NCBI RefSeq assembly: GCF_000955905.1
Contig: NZ_CP011097.1
Coordinates: 894,582 to 926,581 of the forward strand
Direction: 5' to 3'
DNA from: Candidatus Nitrosotenuis cloacae
GTDB lineage: Archaea > Thermoproteota > Nitrososphaeria > Nitrososphaerales > Nitrosopumilaceae
Length of the DNA: 32,000 bases
Shown here: one piece after another, positions 8,544 through 14,465 of the stretch
Position numbering within the stretch: the first letter of the stretch is position 1
Layout of the letters: the number at the start of each line of letters is the position of its first letter
Made by a program: the position numbers and the translations under genes
Notes under the pieces: generated by a model
Database searches by the model: none
What the model saw: the letters and a program-made list of their open reading frames with translations, nothing else
Told to the model about the DNA's origin: nothing

Positions 8544-9641
8544 ATGAGATCAGAGATAAAATCTGCACTAGTTCTGGGAGCAATGATTGCAGGTGTGGTT
8601 ATCGGAATAGCTGCCTATTTTGCATCATTGGATGCTCAAATTATGGAAAAATCCACCATCACAAACAACATACTCAGTATAGACAAGGGCCAATTCAGAA
8701 AGGCGCCAGAATTGCAAGGGATTGCCGGCTATATCAATACAGATTCGAATCTAAAAGAAAAGATCAAGGACAAAGTCGTCCTGTATGATATTTGGACATA
8801 TAGTTGCATAAATTGTCAGAGAACTCTGCCATACATTACTGCGTGGGATGAGAAATATTCTGATCAGGGTTTGCTCATAATTGGAATCCATTCACCAGAG
8901 TTTGAATTTGAAAAAGACATCAAAAACGTAGAATTGGCAGTTGAAAAATTTGGAATAAAATACCCAGTCATACTAGACAATGACAAAAAAACTTGGGATG
9001 CCTTTGAGAACAGATACTGGCCAAGAAAATACATTGCAGATGATCAAGGATACATCCGATATGATCATATCGGCGAAGGTGCATATGATGAAACAGAAAA
9101 AATAATTCAAGAATTACTACAAGAACGTGCAACAAGACTGGGATTAAACGTTGTAATGACACAATCACTAGTCGACCTTGAGGAACACAAGCACGAATCG
9201 AAAACACCGGAACTATATTTCGGATATGACTTTGCATATGGAAGAAGCCAAATTGGAAACCCAGAAGGATTCAGACCTAACCAACAAGTCACATATACTA
9301 TCCCTGACAAATTACATGAAGATAATTTCTATTTGCAAGGAATTTGGGAAAATCTTGATGATAGAATGATCCTAGTTTCGGAATCAGGAAGAATTGTTTT
9401 GCCATATTTTGCAAAAGAGGCAAACATTGTTGCTGCTGGAGCTTCTCAGCTGGAAATATTTGTGGACGGCCAGAAGATCACGCCAGAAAGTGCAGGCGCT
9501 GATGTCAACTCAGATGGTACAGTAAACATAGCAGAGTCGACATTGTACAACTTGGTAAGATCAAGTGAATCATCATCACATGTGCTAGAAATTCAGGTAA
9601 ACCAGCCAGGGTTTGAGATATACACGTTCACCTTTGGCTAA
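8544..9641 (+). CDS. membrane-anchored thioredoxin-like (TlpA/DipZ-type) protein with a DipZ-like C-terminal domain
   Basis: N-terminal TM helix, then WTYSCINCQRTLPY (CxxC), IGIHSPEFEFEKD, YPVILDNDKKTWDAFENRYWPRKY and IGEGAYDETEKIIQELL. This closely parallels the thioredoxin part of DipZ as I remember it. A roughly 150-aa C-terminal domain ends in FTFG. ATG 8544 is preferred over the track start at 8520. Confidence 0.8.
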   Translation: MRSEIKSALVLGAMIAGVVIGIAAYFASLDAQIMEKSTITNNILSIDKGQFRKAPELQGIAGYINTDSNLKEKIKDKVVLYDIWTYSCINCQRTLPYITAWDEKYSDQGLLIIGIHSPEFEFEKDIKNVELAVEKFGIKYPVILDNDKKTWDAFENRYWPRKYIADDQGYIRYDHIGEGAYDETEKIIQELLQERATRLGLNVVMTQSLVDLEEHKHESKTPELYFGYDFAYGRSQIGNPEGFRPNQQVTYTIPDKLHEDNFYLQGIWENLDDRMILVSESGRIVLPYFAKEANIVAAGASQLEIFVDGQKITPESAGADVNSDGTVNIAESTLYNLVRSSESSSHVLEIQVNQPGFEIYTFTFG

Positions 9642-9697
9642 ATCTGTCACCACACCTCATTGTTACCGGAGTGACACTAGTCCCGGTTACAAATTTC

Positions 9698-9704
9698 TTT
9701 AAAA
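9698..9704 (+). promoter_or_regulatory. TATA-like box upstream of the cdvB-like gene
   Basis: TTTAAAA ends 25 nt before the ATG at 9730. Confidence 0.3.
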
Positions 9705-9729
9705 CTAATTTTTCAAGCAATTACAGAAC

Positions 9730-10383
9730 ATGGGATCATTGAGTGACAAGTGGAATGATTTTGGACGATCAGAAAGCCTGTCACAGAGAATCGTAGATAA
9801 GGTAAAGCCCGATGTTCCATTAAAAAATAAAATTGATGTAGCACAGAAAAACCTTCAACTCCAAATCGTGAAACTAGATGGAATTTCTCAAAAAATAAAA
9901 CAAAAAAACGATTACATTTTCAGCAAAATAGTTGCCGCACAGAAATCAAACAACAATCTGCACGCAAAAGCATATGCAACTGAGCTTTTAGAAATTAGAA
10001 AAATGCACAACATGGTAAATGGTGCAAAACTTGCACTAGAACAGATTCAGCTTAGACTAAACACAGTATCAGAACTAGGAGATATCGTGGTAACATTGAG
10101 CCCATGCATGTCAGTAATCAAAGGACTGGGAAGCTCCCTCTCAGGAATAATGCCAGAGGCAACATCATCAATGCAAAACCTCTCACAAATACTGGGCGAT
10201 GTATTGACTGGCTCTTCAATGAATTCAGCAGACACTACAGTATCCACATACAGTTCAAACTCTGATACACTTGCAATTTTGGAAGAGGCTCAAGCAGTCA
10301 TTGAAGGACAGGCAAGAGCAAGCATTCCAGAACCACCGGCAAATGTTTCAAGCGGTGCAGTAAGAAAAGAGACACTCATTTAG
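9730..10383 (+). CDS. cdvB: ESCRT-III/Snf7-family cell-division protein (CdvB paralogue, no C-terminal winged helix)
   Basis: 217-aa helical protein. The segment AKAYATELLEIRKMHNMVNGAKLALEQIQLRLNTVSELGDIVVTLSPCMSVIKGLGSSLSGIMPEATSSMQNLSQILGDVL aligns by eye with the core of crenarchaeal CdvB (..IYAQEISDIRK...LAIEKVRLKLDTVQE...GIAPEV...). The tail is acidic and Ser/Thr-rich. Confidence 0.7.
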   Translation: MGSLSDKWNDFGRSESLSQRIVDKVKPDVPLKNKIDVAQKNLQLQIVKLDGISQKIKQKNDYIFSKIVAAQKSNNNLHAKAYATELLEIRKMHNMVNGAKLALEQIQLRLNTVSELGDIVVTLSPCMSVIKGLGSSLSGIMPEATSSMQNLSQILGDVLTGSSMNSADTTVSTYSSNSDTLAILEEAQAVIEGQARASIPEPPANVSSGAVRKETLI

Positions 10384-10711
10384 ATTTCTTTTTGCTTTTT
10401 TCAATCAGGATTTTCTTTATTCGAGATATTGTTGGGTAGCTGTAGCCACGCCTTCGATAATTTGAGATCATCATCTTCCAGTTCTTTAATCTCCATTGCG
10501 CTTGCTCGTTTGTAACAGAGTGAATTTCTTTTTGGATTATGCTTTTTCTGCCAACCTTTAGTACCCCGGCATCTTTTGCAGACCATCGATTTTTTGCAAA
10601 TTTCAGCCCAGAGAGAATCTCCACAATTGGCATTTCTCTAAAGCAATCCTCGAGTGTCCTTAGTTCCACATCGGATGGCTTTTTTTGAACGTAAAGTCTT
10701 ATCTCATCCAC
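10376..10711 (-). CDS. hypothetical protein (111 aa) with a basic C-terminus
   Basis: ORF with a GTG start at 10711, convergent with cdvB and overlapping it by 8 nt. Lys-rich tail (EKSKKKSK). No family recognised. Confidence 0.4.
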   Translation of the reverse strand: MDEIRLYVQKKPSDVELRTLEDCFREMPIVEILSGLKFAKNRWSAKDAGVLKVGRKSIIQKEIHSVTNEQAQWRLKNWKMMISNYRRRGYSYPTISRIKKILIEKSKKKSK

Positions 10712-10847
10712 AAATATTGCAATGCCTCATTTCTTAATAGAGGCCTGATAAGCTAGTTTTTACAAACTGCCAAGCGCAATCTGAACAATATTGTTCGTTC
10801 AATAAACACAAATCACATGATAATACACCTCATCATACAAACAACAT

Positions 10848-11267
10848 ATGGTTGAGAAGCATCTGAGAAAAAATGACATCAAGCCAAGCGATGATCCACT
10901 AGACCCCAATAACAGAAGGTTATACTTTAAGGAAGAAATCGATAACCGAGATCATTCCGAAAAAGTCAAGGACAAGTTTGCAGAGGCAGGCAACGATACC
11001 AGGAATGCAAATCAATACGTAAAATTGGTAAATGCACACCTTCAAGACAGAGTTACACAGTTAGAAAAGATCAAAGCAGATCAGAATAGGTTTTGGGATG
11101 AGCTCAACATGTTCAAAGAAGAGCCAAAACAGATCACATCCACACCAAAACCACAGATGAATTCCGAAGTTGAAGAGGCAATGATAGTAAGAGATCTTTC
11201 TTCGATAATTAACAAATATGGTATTGAAAAACTCATCAAAGCACTAGACAAGATAACAAATTCATAA
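10848..11267 (+). CDS. hypothetical protein (139 aa), charged and probably coiled-coil
   Basis: ATG ORF with the AT-rich box TGATAATA about 22 nt upstream. No family recognised. Confidence 0.45.
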   Translation: MVEKHLRKNDIKPSDDPLDPNNRRLYFKEEIDNRDHSEKVKDKFAEAGNDTRNANQYVKLVNAHLQDRVTQLEKIKADQNRFWDELNMFKEEPKQITSTPKPQMNSEVEEAMIVRDLSSIINKYGIEKLIKALDKITNS

Positions 11268-11524
11268 CAAGATATTCAAGTATCGTTACACCAGATGTGA
11301 TTTTCGTGTGCATTGGATGAGCACATGAGAATGGAAAGAAAATCTACAAAACCTCAAGGACTTGGCTTCTGAGGCAATAAAACTAGGATTTTTCCACTAC
11401 GCCCTGCAAGAATGAAACAATGATTCGACACTAGAAATAATTGCAAAAATTGACTCCCAACAATTTGGAGAAATGAATCATATGCGATCTGATTATGAAA
11501 TCCTGGAATCATTTCTTAGATTGG

Positions 11525-11532
11525 TTTAATAA
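11525..11532 (+). promoter_or_regulatory. TATA-like box upstream of small secreted protein P1
   Basis: TTTAATAA ends 23 nt before the ATG at 11556. Confidence 0.35.
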
Positions 11533-11555
11533 CCCAGTTTAGGCGTATTTTTATC

Positions 11556-11801
11556 ATGAACAAGACAATGTTTGCTGCAATTCTTTCCATAGGAGTATTA
11601 CTATTTGGAGTAATTGCAACTACATATCAAATGGTTCCAGATGCTGAAGCAATAAAGGCAAGAGGCACATACCTCAAAGACATTAGCTTTGGCAAGAAAC
11701 ACAGCCCCTCAAAAGTTTGTGGTGACCAGCTATGTGAAAGCCTAGCAGATGCATCCACAGGACTAAGAAAGGGACAAATCAGTAGAGGATTTTCACGATA
11801 A
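11556..11801 (+). CDS. small secreted/anchored protein P1 (81 aa) with an AEA site and VCGDQLC motif
   Basis: N-terminal hydrophobic helix, an AxA-type site (PDAEA|IK), then a basic region and KVCGDQLC. Paralogous to 11837..12109 and 12196..12420. The shared motif is encoded with different synonymous codons in each copy. Confidence 0.6.
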   Translation: MNKTMFAAILSIGVLLFGVIATTYQMVPDAEAIKARGTYLKDISFGKKHSPSKVCGDQLCESLADASTGLRKGQISRGFSR

Positions 11802-11810
11802 ACCTCTAAC

Positions 11811-11831
11811 TTTTTACTTTTTAATTAAAAA
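11811..11831. terminator. candidate bidirectional oligo-T terminator between convergent P1 and P2
   Basis: The 35-bp spacer contains TTTTT (11811-11815) and the perfect palindrome TTTTTAATTAAAAA (11818-11831). This gives a T5 run on both strands. Archaeal RNAP terminates at oligo-T tracts. Confidence 0.4.
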
Positions 11832-11836
11832 TTGGA

Positions 11837-12109
11837 TTATTGTCCTTTTATCTTCGATAATTCTTGATGTCCATATGTGTCATATGGAGACTTGTAAGTT
11901 CTTGCTTTAAAATTCCATTTGAAGTAAGGTTGACCATCACATATCTGGTCGCCACATACACTATTTCCCATCCATTTTGAGATTTTATGTCTCTGTAATT
12001 CCTTACCAGATGCTTTTTTTGCTTCTGCCATTTGGCCTGATTCTAGTGCCGTGATTATTGTTACAGACAGTAGAACGCTGATTGCAAATAATGCTGCTAG
12101 TTTTAACAT
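11837..12109 (-). CDS. small secreted/anchored protein P2 (90 aa) with an AEA site and VCGDQIC motif
   Basis: Signal-like helix, QMAEA|KK, then KISKW...SVCGDQIC. Paralogue of P1 and P3. Confidence 0.6.
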   Translation of the reverse strand: MLKLAALFAISVLLSVTIITALESGQMAEAKKASGKELQRHKISKWMGNSVCGDQICDGQPYFKWNFKARTYKSPYDTYGHQELSKIKGQ

Positions 12110-12130
12110 GATGTAGATGATTTTTTGTGA

Positions 12131-12138
12131 TTAATTAA
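12131..12138 (-). promoter_or_regulatory. TATA-like box upstream of P2
   Basis: TTAATTAA lies 21 nt from the ATG at 12109. Confidence 0.35.
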
Positions 12139-12156
12139 CCAATCCATTTATTGATA

Positions 12157-12180
12157 TTTCAAAATTCGAATTTAGAAATA
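12157..12180. repeat. 24-nt palindromic motif, copy A (TTTCAAAATTCGAATTTAGAAATA)
   Basis: Near-perfect inverted repeat centred on TTCGAA. Lies 15 nt after the stop of 12196..12420 and 47 nt upstream of the ATG of 11837..12109. Confidence 0.8.
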
Positions 12181-12195
12181 AAGAATTTTAGAGTG

Positions 12196-12420
12196 TTAGT
12201 TGTGAGGCCCGCTATTACCAATTCGCTTTACTGTTTTTAGGTGTGTTCCTTCGGTGCAGAGTTGATCACCGCAGACTTTCTTTGACCACTTGCTGAACTT
12301 GTGCTTTGGGGATTCCTTTGATGACTTTGCTTCTGCAACATGCTCAGTAGAAAGCGCCATGACCAAGACCGCAGACAGTAATACTGTGATTGCTACTAGT
12401 CCCAATACCTTGCTAGCCAT
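12196..12420 (-). CDS. small secreted/anchored protein P3 (74 aa) with an AEA site and VCGDQLC motif
   Basis: Signal-like helix, HVAEA|KS, then KFSKWSKKVCGDQLC. Paralogue of P1 and P2. Confidence 0.6.
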   Translation of the reverse strand: MASKVLGLVAITVLLSAVLVMALSTEHVAEAKSSKESPKHKFSKWSKKVCGDQLCTEGTHLKTVKRIGNSGPHN

Positions 12421-12442
12421 GTATTGAATAGTTGATTTGTTC

Positions 12443-12450
12443 TTAATTAA
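12443..12450 (-). promoter_or_regulatory. TATA-like box upstream of P3
   Basis: TTAATTAA lies 22 nt from the ATG at 12420. Confidence 0.35.
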
Positions 12451-12467
12451 TTGATCTTTTTCTTATC

Positions 12468-12491
12468 TTTCAGAATTCGAGTTTTGAAATA
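12468..12491. repeat. 24-nt palindromic motif, copy B (TTTCAGAATTCGAGTTTTGAAATA)
   Basis: Lies 14 nt after the Nudix gene stop (12506) and 47 nt upstream of the ATG of 12196..12420, the same spacing as copy A. Confidence 0.8.
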
Positions 12492-12505
12492 TTTACAATT
12501 TGTGC

Positions 12506-13012
12506 CTAGGGCTTAGCCTTGAGGGCATCACGAATCACTAGTCTGTGATGCGGTAATGTCTTTTTTGGAAGGGTTTTGAAAAATCCAATATCGCTGCTCT
12601 GAAAGTCAGTCTTTATCTTACCACCAATAACTTGAACTAAAAACCCATGAGAGACATCATGACGAAATCCATCAAGACTCTCGTAAACACCAACGAGTTT
12701 TGTGATTTTGATTTTCAGGTTTAGTTCTTCTTTTGCAGATCTTTTGGCAGCTTCGTGCATTGTTTCGGTTTTGTGAATCATGCTTCCAGGCAGATGCCAA
12801 TATCCCTTGTATGGATTACGTGTTCGTTTGGTCAAGAGTACGGATTTGCCATCAAGAATTACCAAGTCAACGCAGGCGAATGCAAAGTATTTCCTAAAAT
12901 TATCATAATCTTTTTTCGGTGCTTTGCGTATTTTGGCCAAGTTTTGGTTCAATACCCCCACTCTTTTTGAGTAAAAGTGGGGCAAATTAATCAATTCCTC
13001 ATGCCTATACAT
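12506..13012 (-). CDS. Nudix-family hydrolase
   Basis: 168-aa ORF with a Nudix-box-like segment GSMIHKTETMHEAAKRSAKEELNL (E-x7-R-x3-EE-x-N/G-hydrophobic, one extra residue after the Gly), preceded by GYWHLPG. Confidence 0.75.
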   Translation of the reverse strand: MYRHEELINLPHFYSKRVGVLNQNLAKIRKAPKKDYDNFRKYFAFACVDLVILDGKSVLLTKRTRNPYKGYWHLPGSMIHKTETMHEAAKRSAKEELNLKIKITKLVGVYESLDGFRHDVSHGFLVQVIGGKIKTDFQSSDIGFFKTLPKKTLPHHRLVIRDALKAKP

Positions 13013-13078
13013 ACCAGAAAATGATGAACTATTGTAATGATTTGAGTTTCAAAGATTTTGTTAATTTTGTTCGTAAAT

Positions 13079-13158
13079 GCTAAACCCCCTCACATCAGAA
13101 TATGATTTACGAATGGTGTGATTTTTTCAAAACCATCTGTTTTTGACGGGGGTTTAAC
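13079..13158. other. candidate structured RNA or regulatory element (GC-rich inverted repeat)
   Basis: TAAACCCCC (13081-13089) pairs with GGGGGTTTA (13148-13156) across 58 nt, with an internal ATGGT/ACCAT pairing. A third copy of GCTAAACCCC lies at 13245-13254. G/C runs are conspicuous in this AT-rich intergenic region. Strand and function are unknown. Confidence 0.3.
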
Positions 13159-13269
13159 GTTTGTGCGTAACTAATGCAGCCAAGCCCCAAAACACCCCCA
13201 TTGCCTAGCTAAAGGCCTCAAAACAATAATTCCCACGAAGAAAAGCTAAACCCCACTAAAAATTGTGAT

Positions 13270-13815
13270 TTATTCAGAAATTGTATAAGATTTTTTGATG
13301 TATGCTACGGTATAGGCCAAGCCGCCACACAGAACGCCGATTGCCAGTATTCCAATAAATGATGCAATTGGTGGGATAAACGAGTCCATTATAGCTAGGT
13401 CGGGCTTGCCAATTTGACCTTCCGTAACCAAGGCTAGCGCTCCAGAACCTGCCAACCCAGCAAAGATCATAGACAAAGTAGTACCAATGCCCCCGATGTT
13501 CATGCCCAAAAGATGAATCCACACCAAAATGTTGATTTTTCCAGTGATTTTCTTTTTTTGATTAATCTCCAAATGATTATAGAAAACAGCGGTTACCGCT
13601 ACTGCCACAGTTATGATAAGATACAGCATCAATCCAATAAAGAACCATTTTGCTGGACCCTCAAAGGATAGTGACAAAAACTGGATCATATTGACATCAC
13701 TTGCAAAAATCATCTGAATTCCAACCATGCTTAGTGCCAAAAATGTGATAATTCCGCCTTGGACTATAGCAGCTATGATGAACCTGCTTCCCCAGGTGCT
13801 TTTTTGGACTTCCAT
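13270..13815 (-). CDS. hypothetical integral membrane protein (181 aa, about 4-5 TM helices)
   Basis: Long hydrophobic segments throughout. No family recognised. Confidence 0.55.
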   Translation of the reverse strand: MEVQKSTWGSRFIIAAIVQGGIITFLALSMVGIQMIFASDVNMIQFLSLSFEGPAKWFFIGLMLYLIITVAVAVTAVFYNHLEINQKKKITGKINILVWIHLLGMNIGGIGTTLSMIFAGLAGSGALALVTEGQIGKPDLAIMDSFIPPIASFIGILAIGVLCGGLAYTVAYIKKSYTISE

Positions 13816-13885
13816 GAATGAATCATCAGTTCACTAGCATAAAGTGATGATTGTGAATTATATCTCACTCTGTAGGGCTCGATCA

Positions 13886-14134
13886 CTAGTTGGTTAGAGT
13901 TACTTTTTCCCTGTTTTCTATTATTTCTACTTCTATTGTTTCCAGTGGATCCTCCACTTGGTTTCGTCTAATTGATAGTAGCTTTGGTTTTTCAAAGTCC
14001 ACAGTACAATCAGGACATGCATATACCAAAACCCGATGCTCATTTGGCGCTTTGGGATTAGAAAGGCGTGGATAGTAGGTCAATCTACCGCCACAATCAA
14101 TACAATAACGGTTGGCCCTTCTAGTTCTGGCCAT
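13886..14134 (-). CDS. hypothetical zinc-ribbon protein (82 aa)
   Basis: Basic N-terminus MARTRRANRY followed by two CxxC pairs (CIDCGG ... CPDC), i.e. a zinc ribbon. Confidence 0.55.
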   Translation of the reverse strand: MARTRRANRYCIDCGGRLTYYPRLSNPKAPNEHRVLVYACPDCTVDFEKPKLLSIRRNQVEDPLETIEVEIIENREKVTLTN

Positions 14135-14225
14135 TGTAAATCTCCTGCATTATTCCTAATGTGCGATCAGATATTAGATCGGTTTGGTCTAAGAGTATGC
14201 ACCCAAACGGTTGCAACGATCAATG

Positions 14226-14249
14226 TTTCACAATTCGAATTTAGAAATA
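14226..14249. repeat. 24-nt palindromic motif, copy C (TTTCACAATTCGAATTTAGAAATA)
   Basis: Second of a tandem pair downstream of tRNA-Asn. Differs from copy A at 1 position. Confidence 0.8.
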
Positions 14250-14306
14250 TTATTAAATTCAACATGCAAAACACTGCACTATGATTAATCATGACAAAAA
14301 AGAATG

Positions 14307-14330
14307 TTTCAGAACTCGAATTTAGAAATA
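14307..14330. repeat. 24-nt palindromic motif, copy D (TTTCAGAACTCGAATTTAGAAATA)
   Basis: Begins 6 nt past the tRNA-Asn 3-prime end. On the minus strand it is followed after 5 nt by a T6 run (plus-strand A6 at 14296-14301). Confidence 0.8.
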
Positions 14331-14336
14331 TCAATG

Positions 14337-14410
14337 CGCCGCCCGTCAGACTTGAACTGACGACCCCCTGATTAACAGTCAGGCGCTCTACCACGCTGAG
14401 CTAGGGCGGC
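14337..14410 (-). tRNA. tRNA-Asn (anticodon GUU), 74 nt, no intron, CCA not encoded
   Basis: Hand-folded cloverleaf on the minus strand: acceptor GCCGCCC/GGGCGGC, D-arm GCTC/GAGC, anticodon arm CCTGA-CTGTTAA-TCAGG, variable GGGTC, T-arm GTCAG-TTCAAGT-CTGAC, discriminator G. Confidence 0.93.
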
Positions 14411-14435
14411 TCAGATGTTGTCCTTGGTGCATGCG

Positions 14436-14443
14436 ATTTAATT
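14436..14443 (-). promoter_or_regulatory. TATA-like box upstream of tRNA-Asn
   Basis: On the minus strand AATTAAAT ends about 25 nt before the mature tRNA 5-prime end, which suggests the tRNA has its own promoter. Confidence 0.35.
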
Positions 14444-14465
14444 CTTACTAGTAGAGTGCAGAAAA

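Noticed and set aside
9644-9690. Short inverted repeats after the thioredoxin-like gene (TGTCAC/GTGACA, ACCGG/CCGGT) as a terminator hairpin
   Set aside because: The stems are only 5-6 bp with long loops and no adjacent T-run, which is too weak to call.
10760-10840. Possible C/D-box sRNA on the minus strand (AUGAUGA at 10836-10830)
   Set aside because: No CUGA D box lies at the expected distance (only CAGA), there are no convincing C-prime/D-prime boxes, and there is no terminal stem.
11413-11415. In-frame TGA as selenocysteine or programmed read-through joining the two halves of the 11329-11526 frame
   Set aside because: There is no start codon for the upstream half and no SECIS-like structure. 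A decayed gene or chance is more parsimonious.
12157-12491. Integron-like gene cassette (small ORF flanked by palindromic attC-like sites)
   Set aside because: The palindrome is only 24 nt, far shorter than attC sites. No integrase is nearby, and copies also follow a tRNA and housekeeping genes.
13021-13090. Possible C/D-box sRNA on the plus strand starting with aATGATGA at 13021
   Set aside because: No D box (CUGA) follows. The ATGATGA heptamer lies directly next to the Nudix gene start and is probably fortuitous.
4094-14290. Recurring 8-bp palindrome GATTAATC (4094-4101, 7724-7731, 8394-8401, 14283-14290) as a dedicated regulatory site
   Set aside because: It is short and AT-rich, one copy is inside the ccdA coding sequence, and the copies sit at inconsistent distances from starts. 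It is best explained as TATA-like sequence or chance.
14167-14394. 75-aa minus-strand ORF
   Set aside because: It runs through the tRNA-Asn gene and both palindromic repeats, so it is not a credible CDS.
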